A model generated the notes under the pieces. The model was not told the origin of the DNA. It saw nothing but the letters and a program-made list of their open reading frames with translations, and ran no database searches. Positions 1-13,191 of a stretch of DNA of 64,000 nucleotides are shown one piece after another. A program made the position numbers and the translations under genes. The stretch covers positions 7,812,001-7,876,000 of the forward strand of contig OZ024761.1 of assembly GCA_964016885.1 (NCBI GenBank). The letters are read 5' to 3'. How positions within the stretch are numbered: the stretch's first letter is position 1; every line of letters begins with the position of its first letter. This DNA comes from Eledone cirrhosa. Its lineage: Eukaryota.

Positions 1-3000
1 GTTCCAGTGTGTGTGCCAGTGTGTGTGCCAGTGTGTGTGCTAGTGTGTGTGCCAGTGTGTGTGCCAGTGTGTGTGCTAGTGTGTGTGCCAATGTGTGTTC
101 CAGTGTGTGTGCTAGTGTGTGTGCCAGTGTGTGTGCCAGTGTGTGTGCCAGTGTGTGTGCTAGTGTGTGTGCCAGTGTGTGTTCCAGTGTATGTGCTAGT
201 GTGTGTGCCAGTGTGTGTGCCAGTGTGTGTGCTAGTGTGTGTGCCAGTGTGTGTGCTAGTGTGTTCCAGTGTGTGTGCCAGTGTGTGTGCCAGTGTGTGT
301 ACTATTGTGTGTGCTAGTGTGTGTGCCAGTGTGTGTGCCAGTGTGTGTGCTAGTGTGAGTGTGCCACTGTGTGTGCGAGTGTGTGTGCCAGTGTGTGTGC
401 TAGTGTGTGTGTGCCAGTGTGTGTTCCAGTGTGTGTGCTAGTGTGTGTGCCAGTGTGTGTGCTAGTGTGTGTGCTAGTGTGTGTTCCAGTGTGTGTGCCA
501 GTGTGTGTGCCAGTGTGTGTGCCAGTGTGTGTGCCAGTGTGTGTGGTAGTGTGTGTGCCAGTGTGTGTGCTAGTGTGTGTGCTAGTGTGTGCTAGTGTGT
601 GTGCCAGTGTGTGTGCCAGTGTGTGTTCCAGTGTGTGTGCTAGTGTGTGTGCCAATGTGTGTGCCAGTGTGTGTGGTAGTGTGTGTGCCAGTGTGTGTGC
701 TAGTGTGTGTGCCAGTGTGTGTGCTAGTGTGTGTGCCAGTGTGTGTCAGTGTGTGTGCCAGTGTGTGTGCTAGTGTGTGTGTGCCAGTGTGTGTGCCAGT
801 GTGTGTGCCAGTGTGTGTGCCAGTGTGTGTGCTAGTGTGTGTGCCAGTGTGTGTGCTAGTGTGTGTGCCAGTGTGTGTGCTAGTGTGTGTGCCAGTGTGT
901 GTGCCAGTGTGTGCTAGTGTGTGTGCCAGTGTGTGTGCCAGTGTGTGTGCTAGTGTGTGTGCTAGTGTGTGTGCTAGTGTGTGTGCCAGTGTGTGCTAGT
1001 GTGTGTGCCAGTGTGTGTGCCAGTGTGTGTGCTAGTGTGTGTGCTAGTGTGTGTGCCAGTGTGTGTGCCAGTGTGTGTGCCACTGTGTGTGCCAGTGTGT
1101 GTGCCAGTGTGTGTGCCAGTGTGTGTGCTAGTGTGTGTGCCAGTGTGTGTGCTAGTGTGTGTGCCAGTGTGTGTGCCAGTGTGTGTGCTAGTGTGTGTGC
1201 CAGTGTGTGTGCCAGTGTGTGTGCTAGTGTGTGTGCCAGTGTGTGTGCCAGTGTGTGTGCCAGTGTGTGTGCCAGTGTGTGTGCCAGTGTGTGTGCTAGT
1301 GTGTGTGCTAGTGTGTGTGCCAGTGTGTGTGCCAGTGTGTGTGCTAGTGTGTGTGCCAGTGTGTGTGCCAGTGTGTGTGCCAGTGTGTGTGCCAGTGTGT
1401 GTGCTAGTGTGTGTGCCAGTGTGTGTGCTAGTGTGTGTGCCAGTGTGTGTGCCAGTGTATGTGCCAGTGTGTGCTAGTGTGTGTGCCAGTGTGTGTGCCA
1501 GTGTGTGTGCTAGTGTGTGTGCTAGTGTGTGTGCCAGTGTGTGTGCCAGTGTGTGTGCCAGTGTGTGTGCTAGTGTCTGTGCCACTGTGTGTGCCAGTGT
1601 GTGTGCCAGTGTGTGTGCCAGTGTGTGTGCTAGTGTGTGTGCCAGTGTGTGTGCTAGTGTGTGTGCCAGTGTGTGTGCTAGTGTGTGTGCCAGTGTGTGT
1701 GCCAGTGTGTGTGCCAGTGTGTGTACTATTGTGTGTGCTAGTGTGTGTGCCAGTGTGTGTGCTAGTGTGTGTGCTAGTGTGTGTGCCAGTGTGTGTGCCA
1801 GTGTGTGTACTATTGTGTGTGCCAGTGTGTGTGCTAGTGTGTGTGCTAGTGTGTGTGCCAGTGTGTGTGCCAGTGTGTGTACTATTGTGTGTGCTAGTGT
1901 GTGTGCCAGTGTGTGTGCCAGTGTGTGTACTATTGTGTGTGCTAGTGTGTGTGCCAGTGTGTGTGCCAGTGTGTGTACTATTGTGTGTGCTAGTGTGTGT
2001 GCTAGTGTCTGTGCCAGTGTGTGTGCCAGTGTGTGTGCTAATGTGTGTGCCAGTGTGTGTGCCACTGTGTGTGCCAGTGTGTGTGCTAGTGTGTGTGCCA
2101 GTGTGTGTGCTAGTGTGTGTACTAGTGTGTGTGCTAGTGTGTGTGCCAGTGTGTGTGCTAGTGTGTGTGTGCCAGTGTGTGTTCCAGTGTGTGTGCTAGT
2201 GTGTGTGTGCCAGTGTGTGTTCCAGTGTGTGTGCCAGTGTGTGTGCTAGTGAGTGTGCCAGTGTGTGTGCTAGTGTGTGTGCCAGTGTGTGTGCTAGTGT
2301 GTGTGCCAGTGTGTGTGCTAGTGTGTGTACCAGTGTGTGTGCCAGTGTGTGTGCCAGTGTGTGTGCCAGTGTGTGTGCTAGTGAGTGTGCCAGTGTGTGT
2401 GCTAGTGAGTGTGCCAGTGTGTGTGCTAGTGTATGTGCCAGTGTGTGTGCCAGTGTGTGTGCTAGTGAGTGTGCCAGTGTGTGTGCTAGTGTGTGTGCTA
2501 GTGTGTGTGCTAGTGTGTGTACCAGTGTGTGTGCCAGTGTGTGTTCCAGTGTGTGTGCCAGTGTGTGTGCCAGTGTGTGTGCTAGTGTGTGTGCCAGTGT
2601 GTGTGCCAGTGTGTGTGCTAGTGTGTGTGCCAATGTGTGTTCCAGTGTGTGTGCTAGTGTGTGTGCCAGTGTGTGTGCCAGTGTGTGTGCCAGTGTGTGT
2701 GCTAGTGTGTGTGCCAGTGTGTGTTCCAGTGTATGTGCTAGTGTGTGTGCCAGTGTGTGTGCCAGTGTGTGTGCTAGTGTGTGTGCCAGTGTGTGTGCTA
2801 GTGTGTTCCAGTGTGTGTGCCAGTGTGTGTGCCAGTGTGTGTACTATTGTGTGTGCTAGTGTGTGTGCCAGTGTGTGTGCCAGTGTGTGTGCTAGTGTGA
2901 GTGTGCCACTGTGTGTGCGAGTGTGTGTGCCAGTGTGTGTGCTAGTGTGTGTGTGCCAGTGTGTGTTCCAGTGTGTGTGCTAGTGTGTGTGCCAGTGTGT

Positions 3001-6000
3001 GTGCTAGTGTGTGTGCTAGTGTGTGTTCCAGTGTGTGTGCCAGTGTGTGTGCCAGTGTGTGTGCCAGTGTGTGTGCCAGTGTGTGTGCCAGTGTGTGTGC
3101 TAGTGTGTGTGCTAGTGTGTGCTAGTGTGTGTGCCAGTGTGTGTGCCAGTGTGTGTTCCAGTGTGTGTGCTAGTGTGTGTGCCAATGTGTGTGCCAGTGT
3201 GTGTGGTAGTGTGTGTGCCAGTGTGTGTGCTAGTGTGTGTGCTAGTGTGTGCTAGTGTGTGTTCCAGTGTGTGTGCCAGTGTGTGTGCTAGTGTGTGTGC
3301 TAGTGTGTGTGCCAGTGTGTGTCAGTGTGTGTGCCAGTGTGTGTGCTAGTGTGTGTGTGCCAGTGTGTGTTCCAGTGTGTGTGCTAGTGTGTGTGCCAGT
3401 GTGTGTGTCAGTGTGTGTGCCAGTGTGTGTGCCAGTGTGTGTGCCAGTGTGTGTGCCAGTGTGTGTGCCAGTGTGTGTGCCAGTGTGTGTGCCAGTGTGT
3501 GTGCCAGTGTGTGTACTATTGTGTGTGCTAGTGTGTGTGCCAGTGTGTGCCAGTGTGTGTGCTAGTGTGTGTGCTAGTGTGTGTGCCAGTGTGTGTGCCA
3601 GTGTGTGTGCCAGTGTGTGTGTCAGTGTGTGTGCTAGTGTGTGTGCCAGTGTGTGCCAGTGTGTGTGCCAGTGTGTGTGCTAGTGTGTGTGTGCCAGTGT
3701 GTGTTCCAGTGTGTGTGCTAGTGTGTGTGCCAGTGTGTGTGTCAGTGTGTGTGCTAGTGTGTGTGCCAGTGTGTGTGCCAGTGTGTGTGCTAGTGTGTGT
3801 GCCAGTGTGTGTGCCAGTGTGTGTGCCAGTGTGTGTGCCAGTGTGTGCTAGTGTGTGTGTGTGCCAGTGTGTGTTGCAGTGTGTGTGCTAGTGTGTGTGC
3901 CAGTGTGTGTGCCAGTGTGTGTGCTAGTGTGTGTGCCAGTGTGTGTGCTAGTGTGTGTGCCAGTGTGTGTGCCAGTGTGTGCTAGTGTGTGTGCCAGTGT
4001 GTGTGCTAGTGTGTGTGCCAGTGTGTGTGCCAGTGTGTGTGCTAGTGTGTGTGCCAGTGTGTGTGCTAGTGTGTGTGCCAGTGTGTGTGCCAGTGTGTGT
4101 GTCAGTGTGTGTGCTAGTGTGTGTGCCAGTGTGTGTGCCAGTGTGTGTGCCAGTGTGTGTGCCAGTGTGTGTGCCAGTGTGTGTGCTAGTGTGTGTGCCA
4201 GTGTGTGTGCTAGTGTGTGTGCCAGTGTGTGTGTCAGTGTGTGTGCCAGTGTGTGTGCCAGTGTGTGTGCCAGTGTGTGTGCGCCAGTGTGTGTGCCAGT
4301 GTGTGTGCTAGTGTGTGTACCAGTGTGTGTGCTAGTGTGTGTGCCAGTGTGTGTACTATTGTGTGTGCCAGTGTGTGTGCCAGTGTGTGTGCTAGTGTGT
4401 GTGCTAGTGTGTGTGCCAGTGTGTGTGCTAGTGTATGTGCCAGTGTGTGTGCCAGTGTGTGTGCCAGTGTGTGTGCCAGTGTGTGTGCTAGTGTGTGTGC
4501 CAGTGTGTGTGCCAGTGTGTGTGCTAGTGTGTGTGCCAGTGTGTGTGCTAGTGTGTGTGCCAGTGTGTGTACTAGTGTGTGTGCCAGTGTGTGTACTATT
4601 GTGTGTGCTAGTGTGTGTGCTAGTGTGTGTGCCAGTGTGTGTGCCAGTGTGTGTGCCAGTGTGTGTGCCAGTGTGTGTGCCAGTGTGTGTGCCAGTGTGT
4701 GTGCCAGTGTGTGTGCTAGTGTGTGTGCCAGTGTGTGTGCCAGTGTGTGTGCTAGTGTGTGTGCCAGTGTGTGTGCTAGTGTGTGTGCCAGTGTGTGTAC
4801 TATTGTGTGTGCTAGTGTGTGTGCCAGTGTGTGTGCTAGTGTGTGTGCTAGTGTGTGTGCCAGTGTATGTGCCAGTGTGTGCTAGTGTGTGTGCCAGTGT
4901 GTGTGCCAGTGTGTGTGCCAGTGTGTGTGCCAGTGTGTGTGCCAGTGTGTGTGCCAGTGTGTGTGCCAGTGTATGTGCTAGTGTGTGTGCCAGTGTGTGT
5001 GCTAGTGTGTGTGCCAGTGTATGTGCTAGTGTGTGTGCCAGTGTGTGTGCCAGTGTGTGTACTATTGTGTGTGCCAGTGTGTGTGCTAGTGTGTGTGCCA
5101 GTGTGTGTGCTAGTGTGTGTGCTAGTGTGTGCCAGTGTGTGTGCCAGTGTGTGTGCTAGTGTGTGTGTTCCAGTGTATGTGCTAGTGTGTGTGCCAGTGT
5201 GTGTGCCAGTGTGTGTGCCAGTGTGTGTGCCAGTGTGTGTGCCAGTGTGTGTGCCATTGTGTGTACTATTGTGTGTGCTAGTGTGTGTGCCAGTGTGTGT
5301 GCTAGTGTGTGTGCCAGTGTGTGTGCCAGTGTGTGTGTGCCAGTGTGTGTGCCAGTGTGTGTGCTAGTGTGTGTGTGCCAGTGTGTGTTCCAGTGTGTGT
5401 GCTAGTGTGTGTGCCAGTGTGTGTGCTAGTGTGTGTGCCAGTGTGTATGCTAGTGTGTGCTAGTGTGTGTGCTAGTGTGTGTGCTAGTGTGTGTGCCAGT
5501 GTGTGTGCCAGTGTGTGTGCCAGTGTGTGTGCTAGTGTGTGTGCCAGTGTGTGTGTGCTAGTGTGTGTGCCAGTGTGTGTGCTAGTGTGTGTGCTAGTGT
5601 GTGTGCCAGTGTGTGTGCCAGTGTGTGTGCTAGTGTCTGTGCCAGTGTGTGTGCTAGTGTGTGTGCCAGTGTGTGTGCCACTGTGTGTGCTAGTGTGTGT
5701 GTGCCAGTGTGTGTTCCAGTGTGTGTGCTAGTGTGTGTGCCAGTGTGTGCCAGTGTGTGTGCCAGTGTGTGTGCCAGTGTGTGTGCTAGTGTGTGTGCCA
5801 GTGTGTGTGTGCCAGTGTGTGTGTGCTAGTGTGTGTGCTAGTGTGTGTGCCAGTGTGTGTGCCAGTGTGTGTGCTAGTGTGTGTGCCAGTGTGTGTGTGC
5901 CAGTGTGTGTGCCAGTGTGTGCTAGTGTGTGTGCCAGTGTGTGTGCCAGTGTGTGTGCTAGTGTGTGTGCTAGTGTGTGTGCCAGTGTGTGCTAGTGTGT

Positions 6001-6760
6001 GTGCCAGTGTGTGTGCTAGTGTGTGTGCCAGTGTGTGTGTGCCAGTGTGTGTGCCAGTGTGTGTGCTAGTGTGTGTGCTAGTGTGTGTGCCAGTGTGTGT
6101 GTGCCAGTGTGTGTGCCAGTGTGTGTGTGCCAGTGTGTGTGCTAGTGTGTGTGCCAGTGTGTGTGTGCCAGTGTGTGTGTGCCAGTGTGTGTGCCAGTGT
6201 GTGTGCCAGTGTGTGTGCCAGTGTGTGTGCTAGTGTGTGTGCCAGTGTGTGTGTGCCAGTGTGTGTGCCAGTGTGTGTGCCAGTGTGTGTGTGCCAGTGT
6301 GTGTGCCAGTGTGTGTGCTAGTGTATGTGCCAGTGTGTGCTAGTGTGTGTGCTAGTGTGTGTACCAGTGTGTGCTAGTGTGTGTGTGCCAGTGTGTGTGC
6401 TAGTGTATGTGCTAGTGTGTGTGCCAGTGTGTGTGCCAGTGTGTGTGCCAGTGTGTGTGCTAGTGTATGTGCTAGTGTGTGTGCCAGTGTGTGTGCCAGT
6501 GTGTGTGCCAGTGTGTGTGCTAGTGTATGTGCTAGTGTGTGTGCCAGTGTGTGTGCTAGTGTATGTGCCATTGTGTGCCAGTGTGTGTGCCAGTGTGTGT
6601 GCCAGTGTGAGTGCTAGTGTATGTGCCAGTGTGTGCTAGTGTGTGTACCAGTGTGTGTACTATTGTGTGTACCAGTGTGTGTGCTAGTGTGTGTGTGCCA
6701 GTGTGTGTGCTAGTGTGTGTGTGCCAGTGTGTGTGCTAGTGTGTGTGCCAGTGTGTGTGT
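1..6760. repeat. 12-bp satellite (GTGTGTGTGCCA / GTGTGTGTGCTA)n, truncated by the window start
   Basis: Continuous 12-bp periodicity. The CVPV/CASV/HTLA ORFs are its translations. Confidence 0.98.
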
Positions 6761-6925
6761 CTCTCTGTCTGTGTGCCTGTCTGTCGGTCTGTCTGTCTGT
6801 CTGCATGTCTGTCTGTGTGGCTGAGTGTGTGTCTGTCTGCGTGTCTGTCTGTCTGCATGTCTGTCTGTGTGGCTGAGTGTGTGTGCTTAAATGAATACAT
6901 AAAGAGTATGTACATATATATATAT

Positions 6926-7879
6926 ACTAGACATGAAAAATGCGCAAGCTCAAAAGTGCCACAGAATGTTATAATAAACCTTCAAAAGTGTGGGACTAGA
7001 GTTGTTGCTAAAAAATATTGTAATCATTATATATCGTACATTCTGTGTCATCCTTTATAAAAATAGCTTAAACCAACGAAGCCTTTATTTTTACGCTATT
7101 TCACTTCGTTAATTCTTAGAGTGTAACATATAAAAATATTATTTACAACTATAAAATAAATTAATTAATATAATAACAGAGCTGCGGAGCTGAAATTTAG
7201 GAAATAATGGAATATCGGATCCTGAGTTGGAGCCAGTCAATTTTTGGCCGACTCCGCAGCCCTGTATAATACATTTCATATTAAAGTTATTAATAAACCT
7301 ATTTTACACTGCATGCAAATTACCATGAGATATTGATATTAGATATAAGATACAGCGCAATATCTACAGCTGTAAAAGTACGAAAGCGAAGTAATAATAA
7401 GTGGCTTAAGGTAATTCCAATATGAAAGTTTGTAGTGATAAAAATTTGATAATGCAATACGATTGTTAATATTATAGTTCTATGAAAATGTAACAATAGA
7501 TAACTAAATTATTTTACTATTAGTATATTTAAGAAATTATCATTATAGATTTGATCGTTCATATAAGCATCATATTAATTTTCAACACAATTATTTTGTT
7601 ACTATGAGTATATAATAATATTACGTAATTATTTATAGCTGTTATTACATTAAACATAGATGTATTTATTTTTATATGTTACACTCTAAGAATTAACTAA
7701 GTGAAATAGCGTAAAAATAAAGGCTTCGTTGGTTTAAGCTATTTTTATAAAGGATGACACAGAATGTACGATATATAATGATTACAATATTTTTTAGCAA
7801 CAACTCTAGTCCCACACTTTTGAAGGTTTATTATAACATTCTGTGGCACTTTTGAGCTTGCGCATTTTTCATGTCTAGT
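6926..7879. repeat. Long inverted repeat with ~213-bp arms and a ~530-bp spacer
   Basis: 6926-7138 (actagacatgaaaaatgcgc...) is the near-perfect reverse complement of 7667-7879. Confidence 0.95.
7177..7264. mobile_element. Small hAT-type MITE
   Basis: TIRs cagagctgcggag / ctccgcagccctg, flanked by tataataa / tataatac (7/8 match, 8-bp TSD-like). Confidence 0.65.
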
Positions 7880-8435
7880 TTAATATTTTTTTAAGGCAAC
7901 GCTTGTAATAACTCTAGTTAAACAGGATATATATTAATAATAAATTATCGTTGTAATGTAATTAGATTATGTAATTGTTATTATAAATTATCTTATAAAT
8001 ATTAGTGTAAGATGTATAAAAATATTTTCAGACTTTTAATATAAACAACTACAAAAAACAATCAATATTAAATCAATATATTATACATAATAGAAAACAT
8101 AAAATAAACAATACAAAAACAAAATATTTACATACAATTGCAATTATCAGTGTATATACATTTTCTTTATATTCCCTGAGCAAATTAATAAGATTTGTTT
8201 TTATTGTACATAATTTGATGACTTGTTGGAGTGTATTAAAAGATAGCAACAATTTGTGATTAAATTGTTATCTTAAGCAACTCACTTTTTAATAGTTGTT
8301 GGCTGAGCGAAATTGTAAAAGCCTATGAGCAAATATAAAAAAAAATACACAAACAACATTTCCTTGTGTTATTACAACATTAGATAAAATAATTGAGCAA
8401 TGTCGTTATATTTTGCTCTTATTGCACATTAATAG

Positions 8436-8600
8436 TGTTTCTATTTTTCGGCACAAATCCATTACGGCAGTCCATTACTGGTACTTTATTTTATCGAATT
8501 AGTAAGTATGAAAGTCGAAGTTAACCTCGGCAGGATTTGAACTTAGAATGCAAAGGACCATAACAATACTGCAAAGCATGGTGTCTGACGCTCTACCAAT
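8436..8600 (-). mobile_element. tRNA-derived SINE family B, decayed copy
   Basis: Shares cattactggtactttattttatcga...aacctcggcaggatttgaact with the copies at 9.9, 13.7, 30.4 and 44.1 kb. Confidence 0.75.
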
Positions 8601-9064
8601 ACTTGTGTTGAGCTGGTCATTAATTTATGGTGGTCGTGCGTGGAGTAGAGCAATCGCTAGTTGAAATATTATGAACAAAACATTTTTATTTGCCGAAGAA
8701 CATATTTTCAATACTGTTTGTGAATGTGACGAAGGAAATACATTCTGATATGGAACAGTGTACAAAGTGTGTCTGTGAATAACATAATGTTACCTCATGT
8801 TGTTGTCAAGACATAATGGATTTCGTATATCCAGTTAGAAGATGAAACCTAGCCATCTCGGATTAGTTATATTTCATGCCATGTGTAAACGTGTTTGAGG
8901 ATAGCAAAATATGCGTGTTTCTTGTCTGGAAACTTTCTGCTAAACTGATTGGTTTCGTTTTTGGCACTATACAATACTCATCCAACAGATTGGATCCTTG
9001 ATTGGTTAATATTTAGGTGAGGGTGCTTGATGCAGAGTTAGTGCAAAATGGATCAATGAGTGTA

Positions 9065-9715
9065 ATAATAATAATGATAATAATAATGAAAATATTGTGT
9101 ACAATGCTGAGGTGCACTACAACTCATCAAAAGTGCATATATAATACATAGGGTAATATAAAAACGTCAGGAAAAAAGAACAGTGCATGAGTCATGATAT
9201 ACACATATGTGCATGTGTATGGAAGGGGGACATCAGGTGTAGTTTTGGTGTATTTCGGAATGTATGATGGTTTTAAAGGATGCAGTGTGTCATCAGCTAA
9301 CAACTGATGCAGGAAGTTTGTTCCATCCTTCAGCAACTCTGAGCATGAAGAAATATTTCCTAAAGTCATGGGAGCTGTGTTGTTTTCTGACTTTGTAGGC
9401 ATGTCCACGTGTTAGACACATGGAGATCAAAAAGGTGTTCGGGGTTGTTGTTGGTCGGATGGTTAATAACTTTGTGGGTGTTTACCAAGTCCATTGCCAG
9501 AGGGAAGCAAAATATTCAGAGTATGGTAGGTGTCTGATGGAGGGTATGCGCTTGGTTGCATGTCTCTGAACAGTTTCCAGGAGGTCAATGTTCTGAGCAA
9601 GATAGGGGTTCCAGACTGATGACGCGAACTCCAAGTGTATTCGTACCATAGATGTATACAGCTTTAAATAGATGGCTGGAGAGCAGCTAATGAAGGTCTT
9701 GGTCATTGATGCCAA
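9065..9715 (-). mobile_element. CR1/L2-group LINE 3' fragment
   Basis: Translates to KLYTSMVRIHLEFASSVWNPYLAQNIDLLETVQRHATKRIP, a typical CR1 ORF2 C-terminus. It has a (TTA)n tail and is homologous to 23362-24634. Confidence 0.9.
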
Positions 9716-9902
9716 GTCAATCTTAATAAATTGACTGATTTATCTGTTCACTACTGCTAATCCACCGCTGTTTGTACAATTTTTTAGATAATGTCAATTT
9801 GAGCTTGAATCATTGGCGTAATGAAATTTGAAAAGATTATAAGCAAATCTTTTTTAAAATACACAGACAACATTTAACTGTATCGTTGCAACATTAGATC
9901 TA

Positions 9903-10082
9903 ATAATTGTTTCTACTTTAGGCACAAGGCCAGCAATTACCCAGTGCATTACTGGTACTTTATTTTATCTACCCCGTAAGGATGAAAGGCAAAGTCAACC
10001 TCGGCAGGATTTGAACTCAGATCGTAAAGGGACGTAACTATGCTGGAAAGCATGGCATCCGACCCTCTACCAATACTGCCAA
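9903..10082 (-). mobile_element. tRNA-derived SINE family B
   Basis: Minus strand has A-box-like TGGCAGTATTGG, B-box GAGTTCAAATCC and the conserved body gactttgcctttcatccttacgggg. Confidence 0.85.
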
Positions 10083-10108
10083 AATAATGGAGCAACATTT
10101 GTGCAGAA

Positions 10109-10573
10109 TTATTGTTTGTGCAATAAGATATTTGTAGATCTGTACTTGGTCTGCTCTTTAGCCAACTCGGTACGTTTAGAAGCTCTACGCTCGGCTTGCT
10201 TTTGAGATATAATAACTGAATTTGCAGATCTATACTTGGCCTGCTTGTTTGCCAACTCATACCGTTTTGAACATCTATACTTGGCCTGTTTTTGTGTTAA
10301 TTTAGCAAAATTCACAGCTCTATAATCGGCCTGTTTTTGTCTCAACTTCTCCCGATTCCGCATCCGGTAAGCTGCTTTCACATCCAATTTAATACGCCCA
10401 TCTAGATTATTAGCACAGGAATGTGAACAAGCTTGTGGGACCGCATCATTGTAAGTATATGAACTGCCTGCAACATCAAGACCCAATTCACAAGTACAGC
10501 GTTGCTCATTCACATCGGCAGTGGGGACACCAAAATCAGTGACAGGTCTCGATTCACTCGCGAGATACATCAC
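10109..10573 (-). pseudogene. ORF remnant with 14-aa basic repeats (KQAKYR), possibly a Helitron RepHel N-terminal region
   Basis: LRQKQADYR/LTQKQAKYR/LANKQAKYR/ISQKQAERR/LAKEQTKYR at 14-aa spacing. The Helitron assignment is only a resemblance. Confidence 0.35.
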
Positions 10574-10601
10574 AGCTACACTATATATTTAAACATATAT
10601 A

Positions 10602-10662
10602 CAGTGATACCTCGCTACTTGGCGGTTCAACTATCGTGGATTCACGATTTCGCGCATTTTTA
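10602..10662 (+). mobile_element. Tc1/mariner (pogo/Tigger-like) terminal repeat remnant
   Basis: TA|CAGTGATACCTCGCTACTTGGCGGTTCAACTATCGTGGATTCACGATTTCGCG. The partner TIR was not found. Confidence 0.45.
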
Positions 10663-10849
10663 GAATATATATATGAACACCTAAAATTTTTCATTAAATC
10701 CATTAAAATATTAATAATAAACACAGTTCTAATCATACGCTATATATATATATATATAAATATAAGTAATTAATACCGTATAAATGGTACAAAGACTGTT
10801 TATGTAAAATGTATTTCTCAACAGAGTATTGAATACTTAGGAGAAATTC

Positions 10850-11064
10850 AAAACGAAGAGTGATAAAATTTCAAGCAAAGAGTTTAATTAGGTAATGACT
10901 TACAAATTTGTTTCAGTATATAGACAAAGCCTGAAGCGCTAATTATAATAATTAGTTAATAATATTACAAAATATATTAATATTATATTAAATATATACT
11001 GAAACAAATTTGTAAGTCATTACCTAATTAAACTCTTTGCTTGAAATGTTATCATTCTTCGTTT
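10850..11064. repeat. Inverted repeat with ~70-bp arms
   Basis: aaacgaagagtgataaaatttcaagcaaagag...tttcagtatat pairs with atatactgaaa...ctctttgcttgaaatgttatcattcttcgttt. Confidence 0.9.
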
Positions 11065-11171
11065 ATATATATATATATATATATGTAAAGTTATATTTAA
11101 AATTGTTGGGTTACAACTAGTAAATATTTATAACTGATATAAAAGCACTCGACAAATACTTGGAGTATATT

Positions 11172-11531
11172 TACAATATTAAATAAATGGAAAACTATAT
11201 TTATAAAACCATATTTATTTCATTATATATATTTCGGGGATATCATATTAACAATATGCTATGCCTTCATCAGACAAAATACAATATAAACAGTTTTATA
11301 GATAAATATATTCGACATACCGTAATAAACATCAACTTCATTTGACTGTTAGAGTGAACCTCTTCAAATGAAGTTGATGTTTATTACGGTATGTCGAATA
11401 TATTTATCTATAAAACTGTTTATATTGTATTTTGTCTGATGAAGGCATAGCATATTGTTAATACGATATCCCCGAAATATATATAATGAAATAAATATGG
11501 TTTTATAAATATAGTTTTCCATTTATTTAAT

Positions 11532-11537
<6 letters not shown>
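11172..11537. mobile_element. Palindromic element (~174-bp arms, 18-bp spacer) with a hammerhead in each arm
   Basis: 11172-11345 is the reverse complement of 11364-11537, followed by (TA)n. Confidence 0.9.
11429..11492 (+). ncRNA. Minimal type-I hammerhead ribozyme (mirror copy at 11217-11280, minus strand)
   Basis: attttgt-CTGATGA-[imperfect stem II]-GAAA-t(atat)a-TA^-atgaaat. Stem I is 7 bp and AATAAA follows. Confidence 0.75.
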
Positions 11538-11623
<86 letters not shown>

Positions 11624-13153
11624 TTTATCTAGTCCTTCGCTCAAGATTAATCTATAAGTTTAGATGTCTGCCTTCGTTTAAGTAAATATTACAGTAAGAT
11701 TTTTAATATAAACAACTACAAAAAACAATTAATATTAAAACGAAAAAATTATCAATGATAAAAGAAGCGGATGCAACTTTCTTTTTTATAAAGTTATATT
11801 CCTGTTTCTTTAAAGAACATTTCATTTTTGTTCTATTGTAGGCGAAATAATGCAATGGTTTAATAGGGAAGATATAACTTACCAATTATGTCTCTAACCG
11901 TGTAACGCTTTTTAAGTAGATAACTACAATTGAAAATACTAAAGAAATGGAACCAACAATTCAATTTGAAAGTCGTCTACTTATAGTGACAGTGTATTAC
12001 TGGTACTTTATTTTATCGACCCCGTAACGATGAAAGGCAAAAATGCAAATGCTTAAAATTTAAATTGCCTTAATTCTATCGTCTGCTGTTTCATTAAAGG
12101 GAGATTCTCGTCTGTATTTAATTCTATCGTCTACTGTTCCACTAAACAGATATACCTCCACTATCGTCTCTATTTATACATTTTAACTTATAACTTATAC
12201 ACATTTGATTTGAAATATTTTATCTAGTCCCCCCTCTCAATATTATGATGATTTCTTTCGAATGAAACAGTTCTAGTCCTGTAGAAGCCATTTATATATA
12301 TAATTGAACTGAGTTAAAAATTCACAATATTTATAATTAAATAAGCTCATATATATATGTGTGTATTTATCTGTTTATTGTATTATATATAATGTGTGTA
12401 TATACAGGTTGTCCCCCCAAAATATATACACACTTCAACAGCATTCTAATAACTATTGCCTGTACAGGTAATCAAAGTGTCAATCGAATGTTAGTTTCGT
12501 GTTTTAACAGTACAAATTTACAATACACACATAAAACCAGTGTATATACATACATGAGTGTGTATACACATACATGAATGTGTATATACAATATATATGT
12601 ATATATATATAGACACATATATTCACGGTGCAACGGAACATTAAAATATAGATGCGGGAGGGGGGGGGGTGTATATATAGGGGCGCTGGGGATAAAGGAG
12701 TGTAAAGCGTGTGTAATTGATATATTGAAGGAGAGGAACGTGCAGCGATAGAGTAACAAATATATAGAGAGGGGGAGAGATGGTATTGAAGGGGAGGAGT
12801 GCAAAGCGAAAGAGTAAGAGAGATATATATAGAGACGGAACAGATAGAGAGAAACAGGCGTAAGTAACAGTGGAAGAGATATATAGAGAGGGGGAAATGT
12901 GTTATTGAAGGGGAGGAGTGTAAAGCGAAAGCGTAAGATATATATAGAGAGAGGGGGAATAGTATATATATATATATATATATATATATCAACACTTACT
13001 CTGATTGGTTGAAAATTAGCCAATGACATACGATCACCACCACCACGGCTATCCCCGAAAAATTTATGAAGAAGTTAGGCATATATGTTAGAACACGAAA
13101 AGTGAACATTCTGTTGTTTCACACTTTTCGTGTTCTAACAGATACATAAAGAG

Positions 13154-13183
<30 letters not shown>

Positions 13184-13191
<8 letters not shown>

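Noticed and set aside
1-6760. Cys/Val-rich keratin- or metallothionein-like ORFs
   Set aside because: These are satellite translations open in several frames.
10930-11020. CTGAAGC...GAAA-caaatttg-TA hammerhead candidate
   Set aside because: A9 is mutated and there is no convincing stem I or closing stem II. It is kept only as an inverted repeat.
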